This document shows positions 1-9,737 of a DNA stretch of 64,000 bases, piece after piece. Every line of letters starts with the position of its first letter. Position 1 is the stretch's first letter. The stretch is taken from the NCBI GenBank assembly GCA_963713865.1, contig OY970208.1, positions 128,001-192,000 of the forward strand. Reading direction: 5' to 3'. The notes under the pieces were generated by a model. It did not search any database. It saw nothing but the letters and a program-made list of their open reading frames with translations, and was not told the origin of the DNA. The DNA is from an uncultured candidate division Zixibacteria bacterium. GTDB taxonomy: Bacteria; Zixibacteria; MSB-5A5; RBG-16-43-9. A program made the translations under genes and the position numbers.

Positions 1-822
1 GCCAGACCGGTTATGCCAGGTTTAACTTTAAGCCGGTGAGGATATCCATCGATCTTTTTCATAAAATCTTTTACGAAATGATACCTTTCCGGTTCTGGGT
101 CCCACTAAACTCATCTCTCCTTTTAAAACGTTGAACAATTGGGGCAGCTCATCTATTCTGGTTTTCCTCAGTACCTTCCCGATATTGGTAATCCGGGGAT
201 CCTCCTTTTTAGCCCAAACGGGACCACATCCCTTTTCTGCATCCACCACCATAGTTCTGAATTTATATAGATAGAAAATCTGACCATAAAGATCTTTTCC
301 CCTGCGTTCAACTTTTCTTTCGTTTTTATTTATTTTTATTCCTAAAATCCTTCTATCTTTTCTTCTCTTATTCAGACCTATTCTCTCCTGACGGTAAAAG
401 ATCGGTCCAGGTGAATCTAACTTAATCAATATAGCGACTATAAGAAATAAAGGTAAACATAGAAATACGCCCAGTGCAGAACCAAGTATATCTATAATTC
501 TTTTCAGGAGTTTCTCAGCTTTATTTAGATAATAAGCTCCTAAGCTCATTCCTTTTTTTTCCTCAGGGAGCAAGATAAAAGTCAAAATAGAGAAAAAGAG
601 ATATAATGTAGATAAAAGATACTCTTTAATCCACATTGAGATTTTATATCTCAATGTTTTAATTTCTCTGTAGATCTTAGAGAAAATCTCAAACTTAGAG
701 GAAGTTAACCCAAGTTCTGTTTGAGTGATGATATTTTCATCAAATCCACCAGGGATTAAAGTTCCTTCTTTAAATTTAGTATTATATTTTTTTTGAGAAA
801 TTGTAGATATAGCATTAGACAT
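1..822 (-). CDS. Bacterial sugar transferase (priming glycosyltransferase, WcaJ/WbaP C-terminal family); runs off window edge; +1 indel at ~93
   Basis: Motifs KRIIDI, DSPGPIFYRQERIG, YKFRTM, DPRIT..G..LRKTRIDELPQLFNVLKGEMSLVGPR. Removing one base at 93-94 restores PERYHFVKDFMKKIDGYPHRLKVKPGITGL. ATG 822 has a GAGGG RBS (GTG 855 is an alternative). Confidence 0.9.
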
Positions 823-880
823 ATTTATTCCCTCGCGCCAGATTTTCTTCTGCACCTAAAAATACTTTGATAATACTTTG

Positions 881-896
881 AGCAAATAAATTGCCA
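881..896 (-). promoter_or_regulatory. Sigma54 -24/-12 promoter for the sugar transferase
   Basis: Minus strand TGGCAA-TTTAT-TTGCT with canonical spacing; IHF-consensus TATCAAaaacTTA at 968-980 upstream. Confidence 0.7.
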
Positions 897-1179
897 AATA
901 TGAAAACTGGTTAGAATAAAAATTTTATAAGTGATAACAGGGTGAGATGAAGTTGTAACTTATGATTTATCAAAAACTTACAATTGTAGATTTTTTCGTT
1001 TTATGTACTGATAAATAAACATAATATAACATATTTTGTTATTGTTAAGCATAATCATATTTTTTCTGCAAATCATTGCATATTTTAGGTAACAACTTAC
1101 ATTACAAAATCTTATCCAATAATGGATCCGTGGAGCTTGAATTCAAAAGGAGATTTGAAGGCTATTGAATTTTGTGTAG

Positions 1180-2031
1180 TTATTCTTTTTCTCTGCTGAT
1201 AATTTTAATAATCCTGCTTAAAATAAAAAGAGAAAACACGGAGATAAGAAAGACTATTAATCCAGAAAGTTTATGTAGAAAATCTTCAGCTAATTTCGGA
1301 CTAACAACATAAGCACCTACAGCTGTTATTAAAATGCGGAAGATATTTGCACCTATGGCAATTGGGAAAATAGATAAAAATAAGATAAATCTTTTTAAGT
1401 TTGACTTAAAGGTAACATAGGCAAAGAAAGTACCCAAAGCCAAAAGAGAAACCAGAGACCTTAATCCGGAGCAAGCCTCAACCACTTCTAAGGAATAATT
1501 GGGAAGATAAATTATATTCCCCTGTCTGATAGAAGGAAGACCGATAGAATGGAGGATAAAATAAGACAATTTGGTGGAAAAAAGCTGCATGGGAAAGGCA
1601 ATTGAATAATAGATCACATAAGGTATAGGAACCATGAAAGTAAGAAAAGCAACCGGAAACAATAGCTCTTTAGCCCATTCCTTGCCGTTGAGATAAAAGA
1701 TGAGCCCGAAAAGGACAATAATCAGAGAAAATCTTGCTGAAAAATATTCACTCCCCGCAGTACCTATGATATAAATACCCAAACCTGAAAGAAGGATTAA
1801 AAACCCCCAGTAGGACCTCTTTTTCTCCAGAGATTTTAATCTATCCTTTTTTTTCCAGATAAGATAAGCGCTGACCAAAGGAACCAAAAAACCATGAGAA
1901 TAATTAGAATCCACCCACCAATCATTAACTAATCCGATTATCACCTGAAAATAGAGCAGAATAAAAAGAAAAACTAAAACATAAGTTGACCAGTCGAATT
2001 TAAAAGAAAATATCTGATCTTTTTTAGTCAT
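1180..2031 (-). CDS. Exosortase (EpsH/XrtA-like transpeptidase)
   Basis: Multi-TM protein with YSHGFLVP, VVEACSGLRS (catalytic Cys), ANIFRI (Arg) and FLH (His) motifs. Confidence 0.9.
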   Translation of the reverse strand: MTKKDQIFSFKFDWSTYVLVFLFILLYFQVIIGLVNDWWVDSNYSHGFLVPLVSAYLIWKKKDRLKSLEKKRSYWGFLILLSGLGIYIIGTAGSEYFSARFSLIIVLFGLIFYLNGKEWAKELLFPVAFLTFMVPIPYVIYYSIAFPMQLFSTKLSYFILHSIGLPSIRQGNIIYLPNYSLEVVEACSGLRSLVSLLALGTFFAYVTFKSNLKRFILFLSIFPIAIGANIFRILITAVGAYVVSPKLAEDFLHKLSGLIVFLISVFSLFILSRIIKIISREKE

Positions 2032-2446
2032 TTGCCTTCTCTCGTCTGTCTTCTTTTGAGAAACTATTAAGGCTTATCGGAAAATATACAAAAAAAGAGA
2101 CGAAAGACAAAAGAAAAATCATCTTTTGAGAAAAATGATCTTGAAACTATATATATTTATTGAACAAAAGTTGTAATCCCACCTTATCGGAAATGTGGGA
2201 TGTATACCCACATTAAGGATAACGTCAAACTATGTGGAAACAATTATTTTGGTAGTTGCAGGCTTTAACTTGCGAAATCGGAGGATTGAAATTCAACGAG
2301 TTACGCCCAAATGAGTGGCTACCATTTCAAAACATACTTTTCACACAATCTGATGTGGGTATACCATATAAGTCATTGGTCAGGGGATCAATGATCAACA
2401 TAACTTCTTTAAACAGTAATTCCACCTTGCTCATAAGGTGGGATTT

Positions 2447-2483
2447 AAAAAAAAGATGGGCTTCCTTTCAGGAAACCCATCTT
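2447..2483 (-). terminator. Intrinsic terminator after the PorV-like gene
   Basis: AAGATGGGTTTCC-TGAAA-GGAAGCCCATCTT hairpin followed by a T-run on the minus strand. Confidence 0.75.
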
Positions 2484-2511
2484 CGCTGTTGGGAGAATAG
2501 AGAGAAGTACC

Positions 2512-3492
2512 TTAAAGTGACCTTTTTGAGCCAAACCGGTAAGCTAAGGATATTCGGTGAGAATCACCCAGGCTCTGATTTGGCGAATAGTTATAATCTA
2601 TCTCCCAGTTTGAGAATTTGAAACCACCTCCTAAGGAAAGACCAGTCCCTTCGAGTTTCTGGGCAGAGGTCTTATATTCATACCCTAAACGTAAGTATAT
2701 TGATTCCTGATACCCAAACTCGATCCCCTGTTTTAAGATAGGCTTATCATCTTTAGGCAGATCTAAATCCCAGGCTAAGCTAACCCTATCTTCAAAAATC
2801 TTATAACCGAAACCTAAGGTGAGCTTACTGGGAAGAGGCTCTTTCTCTTGAATAAATTTCATCGAGCTGCCCAGGTTAGTATATGCCATACCAAATGAAA
2901 ATTTACCTGGCTTGTAGATAAATCCAAAATCTAAAGCCATACTCGAAGCCTTCTCGTTCTCTAATTTCTCTTGAATCCCTTTTAAGCCAACCCCTAAAGA
3001 GATCGATGGAGATACCTTATAAGCATAAGCAAAGGACAAAACTACTCCATAAGCTGAAAATTCAGAAGTAGGGTTATCTAAAGCATCATATCCCTCAAAA
3101 TTTCCTAAGTTTAAATAAGTAAGAGAAAAGCCCAGGGTATTTTTCGACTTTATTGGAAGAGAATAACCTAAATACTCATACTTTACATCCTGGTACCACT
3201 CGTTATGAACAAATATAATCTCCTGCCGGTCTAATTGGGAAAGCCCGGCAGTGTTCCAGTAAATAGATGTAGCATCATCTGCTATCCCTACAAAAGCACC
3301 ACCCATCCCTGATGCCCTTGCCCCGGCTCCAATTTTCAAAAAGTTAGCCCCGGTTGATCCTTTTATACCATCATCTAAAAAACCCCAGCTTGTCTGCCCG
3401 ACAAAGAATTGAGCCACAAAGAAAAAAAGTAGAAACAATCTTAAATTGATTCTTCTACTGCGTAAAAGGTTTCTTCTGATAACTTCTGTCAA
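2512..3492 (-). CDS. PorV/PorQ-family (UPF0164) outer-membrane beta-barrel protein
   Basis: FLKIGAGARASGMGGAFVGIADDATSIYWNTAGL signature, amphipathic beta-strands and C-terminal SHRISLAYRF. Likely start is TTG 3492 after GGGGAG. Confidence 0.85.
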   Translation of the reverse strand: MTEVIRRNLLRSRRINLRLFLLFFFVAQFFVGQTSWGFLDDGIKGSTGANFLKIGAGARASGMGGAFVGIADDATSIYWNTAGLSQLDRQEIIFVHNEWYQDVKYEYLGYSLPIKSKNTLGFSLTYLNLGNFEGYDALDNPTSEFSAYGVVLSFAYAYKVSPSISLGVGLKGIQEKLENEKASSMALDFGFIYKPGKFSFGMAYTNLGSSMKFIQEKEPLPSKLTLGFGYKIFEDRVSLAWDLDLPKDDKPILKQGIEFGYQESIYLRLGYEYKTSAQKLEGTGLSLGGGFKFSNWEIDYNYSPNQSLGDSHRISLAYRFGSKRSL

Positions 3493-3556
3493 ATTCTCCC
3501 CTTCCCAAAAAGAAAACCGATTAAAGGTACACACCAAAAATCTTACATAATAATAT

Positions 3557-3572
3557 GGCAACTTTTATGCCC
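3557..3572 (-). promoter_or_regulatory. Candidate sigma54 promoter for the PorV-like gene
   Basis: Minus strand GGGCAT-AAAAG-TTGCC (GG-N10-GC spacing) about 65 bp upstream of the likely start. Confidence 0.45.
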
Positions 3573-3881
3573 TTAAATCGGTCGCTCCTTCTTTATCATC
3601 CTTGATTCTTACAACCCTTTTACGGGTAACGAATTAAATTTTAGTTAAGGAATATATATCCTCCTTTAGTATAACTTTTAAACGATAATTTTTAGGAAAA
3701 CATTGAACAATTTTCAGGTTGTAATAGAAAAATTTTCCTCTATCCTTAAACTCCCAAAAGGATTAAAAGGATTGAACTTGTTTTAAACAGATACATGAGA
3801 AAGAGCTTAAATGTTTGATAAATCAGGTAAATTATCCTGCTCAAGGCAGATGTTATTATCCGCCCTATATTTACTGCTGGA

Positions 3882-4008
3882 TGATAACATCCAGCGTCAG
3901 CCGTCGCCTGGCTCTGGCAAGACTCCTACCAAAAAAAAGAGCGCATGTTGCATAAAGGCGTGCGCATACCCGCACCGCAAGGCGGTCAGCTGCACACCGG
4001 GGTTAGGT
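3882..4008 (-). other. attC recombination site (~127 bp)
   Basis: Inverse core ACCTAAC, L-box pair TGTGCAGCTGAC / CGGCTGACGCT with an extrahelical G, central imperfect palindrome and core G^TTAT. Confidence 0.8.
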
Positions 4009-5067
4009 GCACCTGCCACTCACCAATCTGACTTTCATCGCAACATAACTCAACTGATATATCGCAACCATGCAAAATTAAGATGTATCCAGAAATCTAG
4101 GTGAGCTGTATTACCAGTGATGACGCGGCAATGATGCTGCATGTACCGAGATGTAACATGAACGCTTTTTTTCGCACATCAATCATCCGGTCCGAGCACG
4201 AGTACTCGGTCCAGGATACGGCCACGATCTTCCACGCCAGTCCGCCTAAAAGCAGCGTGATTAGTGTCAGGGGGATTATTGATGCTGAGAATACAGCAAG
4301 GAGTAACGTCGCGAAAAATAGCAGCGAGAGTGCGAGAACACCATAGCGGCCAGAGAAGTGCGGGCCAAAATCAATAACTATCGTCTTGCGCCCTGCTTTT
4401 TCATCATCTACTCTACTAACGAGTTCATCTATCCAAACCCACAAGCCGGTCGCGACAACTATCGGTAGCGAAGCCAGATACACCGTACGTGTGAGGTCAC
4501 CGACCTGGACAAGGTATGCTCCAAGAACAGGAATCATGCCAAGGCTTTCAGAGATGACGATCTCGCCGCCAACTCGCCGACAGAAATTGAACGGCGGTGC
4601 GACGTAGAGCACACCCACGAATAGCACAGTAAGCCCGTAAACAATGAAGATGCTCCTGGGAACACCGTTTGTGTAGAATCAGACCGTTGTTTAGGTGCAG
4701 ACCCAGGAAGCACGCCACAACAATGCACATACCTGCGTACCTTAGGAGCCGGGATTTAGGCCACTTGGTTGTGGACCTTTTTTCAAATCATGCCTGCAGG
4801 AACGAGAATCCGGCGTGGAATAAAATAGTTGCGAAAAGAAACTCAATGGTACCAAGCCACCTGAACGAGAAACCCGGTGGGCGGAGCCAGAATGGCAGCG
4901 TCGTGCCCACGAGCGCCGGAAGCAGGGAAGCAGTCCAGTAGCGGAATCCAGCGAAGTGGAGAAATCCAGAGATACCTTCAAAGGGTTCTCCTGCCGGAAG
5001 GTTGTCTTGCGCTATTTGGGTCATGTCCCTAACTCTCCTTTTTACCTAAGAATTCTTGTGCACCTAA
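3888..5067 (-). mobile_element. Solitary integron gene cassette (1180 bp) at a secondary site
   Basis: On the minus strand it starts G^TTAGGTGCAC (5068) and ends in an attC whose left end GTGCACCTAAC (4012-4002) is the exact complement. It holds one promoterless ORF with RBS and is visibly more GC-rich than its flanks. Confidence 0.85.
4097..5024 (-). pseudogene. MenA/UbiA-like prenyltransferase cassette gene, interrupted (in-frame TGA at 4788-4790, +1 indel at ~4669)
   Basis: Joined frames give FRYWTASLLPALVG ... GVLYVAPPFNFCRRVGGE ... DELVSRVDDEKAGRKTIVIDFG, which is MenA-like. The first Asp-rich motif is degenerate. Confidence 0.7.
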
Positions 5068-5089
5068 CATCCAGCATGAGCAAAAAAGA

Positions 5090-5452
5090 TTATTTCCCAA
5101 TCAGTAAAACACCTATCAGAATCAACCCCATCCCAACCCATTTATATAAAGTAAAAGGCTCTTTAAAAACCTGCCAGGAGAAAAGGGCTATGAGAACATA
5201 TCCGGTGCTCATCATCAGGGGATAGGCAAAGGAAAGATAAGTCCGGGATAACACGACCAAATAAAAAGCCACGCTTGCCACATAGGAGGAAATCCCTAGA
5301 AGCACGAAAGGGGTGGTGAAAAAAACCTTTTTAAAATCGGAGATGAGCAAAAGCGGATTTATCACTCCAATTTTATTCATCCCCGCTTTAAGGAAAATAT
5401 GCCCGCACACGTTTAAAAGGATAGCTAAAAATATTATCACCCATTGAAGCAT
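5090..5452 (-). CDS. SMR/EamA (DMT) family small 4-TM transporter, ArnE/ArnF-like
   Basis: 120 aa, 4 TM, LSRTYLSFAYP and FKEPFT..KWVG motifs. Confidence 0.8.
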   Translation of the reverse strand: MLQWVIIFLAILLNVCGHIFLKAGMNKIGVINPLLLISDFKKVFFTTPFVLLGISSYVASVAFYLVVLSRTYLSFAYPLMMSTGYVLIALFSWQVFKEPFTLYKWVGMGLILIGVLLIGK

Positions 5453-5458
5453 CGTATT

Positions 5459-6918
5459 TTACCTCCGGTTAATTTTTTTCTTCACTCCAAAAGTTGATAT
5501 CGCCCAGTTAACTAAACCCCAAGTCTCCCTGCCTAAGGGAAGCCGGTTGATAAAAGTATACCCGACTTTCTCGATCATCTCCCGGGCAGGTCTGCTTTTA
5601 GGCTCAAAAATCTTCCTCAAAAATAAAAGCCCGAAAATCCTTCCCAACCCAGATAAAACGAAAAGTATATGAAAATTAACAAAGTTCTGACCTTTGAAGA
5701 AAAATCCAAATCCACTTAAAGATTGAGCAATTACCCCTCCTAAAGCCGAAGCTGCAAACAAAACCAATCCATTGATTGCAGCAATCGAAGCTAAATAATA
5801 AACCCTTCCTTTTTGTGGAGATAAAGCTAATACCACATTGAAAGAAGCCAGGGTAAATCCGGACCAGAAAATTCCTCCCATAATCGCATCAATCCATAAA
5901 GGAAATATATTCCGGGGAGTTACAAAAAGCCATAAGAAAGGGATAAAGAAAATAAAAAATATATTGAAAATCAAAACCGGTTTGTTGCCATATTTATCAA
6001 TTGCCTTCCCCCATAAAGGCTGCATAAAAAGACTAATGACCCCGGCTACGATGGAGAATAAAGATATCAGGTAGAAATCCAGATGCAGATTTTTCAGCAT
6101 ATGCGGAGTCCAGAAAGGGGCGGATATTCCGGTAACAAAAGACCAGTAGATAAAAAAATAGATTAAGCTTCTGAAATTTTTATCCGCCAGCGGGATTTTC
6201 AGAGTCGAAATTAAGCTTACTTCTTTATGAGGAATCATCTTGGGTTCAGGCTGTCGGTTTAGAAAAAATGCTGCTGTCCAGGCGGATAAAACTGCTAAAA
6301 GGAAAACAAACGAGAGACCAGAACCGGTTGGATTTTCTTTGATGTGCTCGTAAATGAAGTCCGGCATATAAAAAGCTATGCCAGAGCCATCCGCTTTAAA
6401 ATAATCTATGAGCTTAGCTCCGGCAAAATTCGCCCCCATAGTGATGAATCCCAGGACCGTATTTCTAAAACCGAAATATCTTCCCCTTCCCTCTTCCGGA
6501 ACCAGATCCGACATCCATGAAAGCCAGGCAACTGCTACCAAATTAGCAATGGCGGAGGATAAGGATAAAAATAGCAGAAACATTACTATCTTGATATGAT
6601 GGCTTTGAGGTAAAAATGGTAACAAAACAAAGATCAAAAAGATCGACCGGAATAAAAGCGAACCAAGTAGATTGAACTTTTTTCTCCGTTTTAATTTTTC
6701 AACCACCAGAGCACCGGGAAGTTGAAAAGCCTGAGCTAAAAAGGGAAAAGCTGCTACCAGCCCTAACTGAAAATCGTTTGCTCCCAGGAAAAGCGCATAC
6801 CCGACTAAAAAAGGGCCTGTGGTCAGAGCAATGAATATAGCCGCAAAAGAGCCCTCGTAAATCGAATCCTTAGCCCCTTCTCTGTTTGCTTCTTATCTAA
6901 CTCAGCCTGAGCACTCAT
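5459..6918 (-). CDS. MFS transporter (-1 indel at ~6865 splits the N-terminus)
   Basis: WLSWMSDLVPEEGRGRYFG and WGKAIDKYGNKP MFS motifs. The upstream frame MSAQAELDKKQTEKGLRI joins (S)IYEGSFAAIF after one missing base. Confidence 0.8.
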
Positions 6919-7002
6919 ATCTCTTTCTTCTGCTTTGAATCTATACGAGTTTCAGTGGAGAAAATATCACTTAGAGGATGTTAAGTAAAGCAGATTTTAT
7001 CT

Positions 7003-7227
7003 GCAGTTGCTCGATTCATCGAGCTACAAAATAGACAGACAGGAATGTCTGTCCTACCTATTATCCATCATTTACCACCTCTTTAACCTGTAGTTGTTTG
7101 ATTTACCGAGCAAATATTGCCCAGTAAATTGGGTAACTATTTTTTTGATATTCGGTATAAGACAAGCTCTTCCTCTACGTTTACACAAAAATCTAAACTA
7201 AAAATACAGGCAAGATGCCTGTTCTAC
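7003..7227. repeat. Cluster of REP-like palindromes
   Basis: GTTGCTCGATTCATCGAGC, GACAGACAGGAATGTCTGTC, TTGCCCAGTAAATTGGGTAACTA and ACAGGCAAGATGCCTGT; near-copies at 13492-13571. Confidence 0.7.
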
Positions 7228-7346
7228 CATTCCTTCAATAAACTCTGTTTTTTTTCGATTAAGGTTGACAAGATTGCAAATTCTTTTTAATTTTGAAAAG
7301 ACTTAATCGGTTTACTGAGATCGAAGATAAAGAACAGAGTTAAAAT

Positions 7347-8897
7347 ATGAAATTCGACAAATTCATTGGCAAAATAAAACAAGCCGGTAACTCGGCGATT
7401 AAGAAAGCTTTAATAAAAAGCGGGAGAAATATGCCTTCTCATCAGAGTCTGATCGATTTAATTCGTAAAAAACTATCCATTTCAAAATTTATGATAGTTT
7501 CCAATCGGGAACCCTACGTGCATTTCTACGAAGGGGATACTATACGTCACATCCGTTATGCCAGTGGCTTGACCATAGCCTTAGACTCAATTGCCCGAAC
7601 AAGTCAGGGTATCTGGGTGGCACACGGGAGCGGGGATGCGGATCTGGATACTGCAGATGCTCAGGGAAGGATTATGGTTCCCACTGAAGACCCCCAATAT
7701 ACTTTAAAAAGGGTTTGGCTTTCCAAGCAGGAGGAGAATGGATATTACTATGGCTTCTCCAATCAGGTCTTATGGCCCCTCTGTCATGTGGCTTATGTTC
7801 GTCCAAGATTTGAACTTGAATACTGGAACTATTACCAGAAGGTGAATCAGCTTTTTGCCCGGGCAGTGATCGAGGAGTCAAGAGGAGAAAAAGGTCTAAT
7901 CTTTCTACAGGATTATCATTTAGCCCTGTGCTCTAAATATATAAAAGAGCTTGACCCCAACCTGACTACAATCCTTTTCTGGCACATTCCCTGGCCTAAT
8001 CCCGAGATCTTCAGGATCTGCCCCTGGAAAAAGGAGATCTTAGAGGGGCTTCTTTCTAATGATATATTAGGATTTCATCTGCTCTATCATGCGGATAATT
8101 TTTTGAAAACAGTAGCCTCAGAGTTAGAAGCTAAAATAGACAATGAGAAATGGGCAGTCATCCGAGGAGAAAAAAGCTGTTTGGTTAAATCCTATCCCAT
8201 CAGTGTAGATTTTGAAAATATCTCCTCGGAGGCAGAAAAATGGGAGATCGAAAAACAGATCCAGGAATTAAAAAAATATTACCGGCTCAAAGATTCCTTT
8301 ATAGGAATCGGAGTGGATCGCATCGACTACACCAAAGGCATCCCTGAAAGGCTTAAAGCCTTAGACAAGTTCCTGGAAAAATATCCGCAATATCAGAAAA
8401 AACTGACCTTCATCCAGATCGCGGTCCCCAGTCGAGTCCATCTGGATGAATATCAGGACACAATCGACCAGATCGAGAAATTGGTGGAAGATATAAATTG
8501 GAAATACTCCCAAGGGCATTGGTCTCCTATAATCTACATAAAAAAACATCACGACTTCCAGGAGATCATCCCCTTTTACAAGATGGCGGATTTCTGCATC
8601 GTTAGCTCCCTCCACGATGGAATGAACCTGGTGGCTAAAGAATATATCTCCTCCAAGACCGATTTAGACGGGGCCTTAATCTTAAGCTGCTTCACCGGCT
8701 CAGCCCGTGAGCTGGAACAAGCCTTGTTGATTAACCCCTATGACATAGAGAAATTCGCTGATACCATCCAGGAGGCTCTGGAGATGGGAAAAGAGGAGAA
8801 GTTATCCCGAATGAAAAGGATGAGGGAAACAGTATCTGAGAATACCATCTATCATTGGGCTGAGAAGATTATCAGCGACTTAGTTAAACTGGGGTAA
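7347..8897 (+). CDS. otsA: Trehalose-6-phosphate synthase (GT20)
   Basis: IVSNREPY, GYYYGFSNQVLWPLCH, QDYHL, FWHIPWP, GVDRIDYTKGIPERL and DGMNLVAKEY motifs. Confidence 0.95.
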   Translation: MKFDKFIGKIKQAGNSAIKKALIKSGRNMPSHQSLIDLIRKKLSISKFMIVSNREPYVHFYEGDTIRHIRYASGLTIALDSIARTSQGIWVAHGSGDADLDTADAQGRIMVPTEDPQYTLKRVWLSKQEENGYYYGFSNQVLWPLCHVAYVRPRFELEYWNYYQKVNQLFARAVIEESRGEKGLIFLQDYHLALCSKYIKELDPNLTTILFWHIPWPNPEIFRICPWKKEILEGLLSNDILGFHLLYHADNFLKTVASELEAKIDNEKWAVIRGEKSCLVKSYPISVDFENISSEAEKWEIEKQIQELKKYYRLKDSFIGIGVDRIDYTKGIPERLKALDKFLEKYPQYQKKLTFIQIAVPSRVHLDEYQDTIDQIEKLVEDINWKYSQGHWSPIIYIKKHHDFQEIIPFYKMADFCIVSSLHDGMNLVAKEYISSKTDLDGALILSCFTGSARELEQALLINPYDIEKFADTIQEALEMGKEEKLSRMKRMRETVSENTIYHWAEKIISDLVKLG

Positions 8898-8906
8898 AAT
8901 TTATTT

Positions 8907-9737
8907 ATGCGATATTTTCTGGAAAAAGAGCTCATTCAAAATTTAAAGGAAAAGATTAAAAAAGCTGAAAGGATTTTTCTCTTCTTGGACTATGACGGAA
9001 CTTTAACCCCAATCCGGAGGATACCTGAGCTAGCCTTGCTTTCTCCTTCAACCCGGAAATCCTTAGAGAGTTTGGTTTCTATACCGCGGATTGTTTTAAC
9101 AATTGTAAGCGGACGGGCTTTAACCGAAATCAAAAGGCTGGTAAATCTAGATAATTTAAACTATGTGGGAAACCACGGTTTGGAGATGAGGGTTGGAGCT
9201 TCTGAGTATAAGCTTACTCAAGCCAAAAGGATAAAAGAGAGAATGAGTTCACTATTTCGTAAAATCAAAGGAAAAACAAGACAGTTCTCAGGCATACTGG
9301 TTGAAAACAAGAGATTAACTCTGAGTATTCATTATCGTATGGCAAAAGAAGATTGTCTTCCTCCGCTAAAAGAAATAGTCATTTCAGTTGTTTCCCCTTT
9401 TAAAAGGAACTATGAATTAAGAGAAGGTAAAAAGGTTTTGGAGATAAAGCCAAAGAGTAAAAAGAATAAGGGCTGGGCGGTGGGTAAAATAATTCAACTA
9501 TACAATTCTAATCGAAAGCCTAAACCTCTATATTTCTATTTCGGAGATGATCTAACGGATGAGGATGGCTTTAAATTAATAAATTGGAGAAAAGGTTATA
9601 GCGTTCTAATAGATAAAAAGAAAGAGCATTCAAATGCTCATTACTATCTGAGAAGTCCCAAAGAGGTTCACCTCTTTTTGAGCTGGCTGAAAAAAATACT
9701 AACCCAAAAACAAAGGAGGAAACCTTGGATAACCTGA
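8907..9737 (+). CDS. otsB: Trehalose-6-phosphate phosphatase (HAD)
   Basis: FLDYDGTLTPI, IVSGR, GNHGLE, GKKVLEIKP and GDDLTDEDGF motifs. Confidence 0.95.
   Translation: MRYFLEKELIQNLKEKIKKAERIFLFLDYDGTLTPIRRIPELALLSPSTRKSLESLVSIPRIVLTIVSGRALTEIKRLVNLDNLNYVGNHGLEMRVGASEYKLTQAKRIKERMSSLFRKIKGKTRQFSGILVENKRLTLSIHYRMAKEDCLPPLKEIVISVVSPFKRNYELREGKKVLEIKPKSKKNKGWAVGKIIQLYNSNRKPKPLYFYFGDDLTDEDGFKLINWRKGYSVLIDKKKEHSNAHYYLRSPKEVHLFLSWLKKILTQKQRRKPWIT

Noticed and set aside
2256-4104. Short + strand ORFs 2256-2621 and 3811-4104
   Set aside because: They run through REP hairpins, a terminator or the attC site and have no recognisable motif or RBS.
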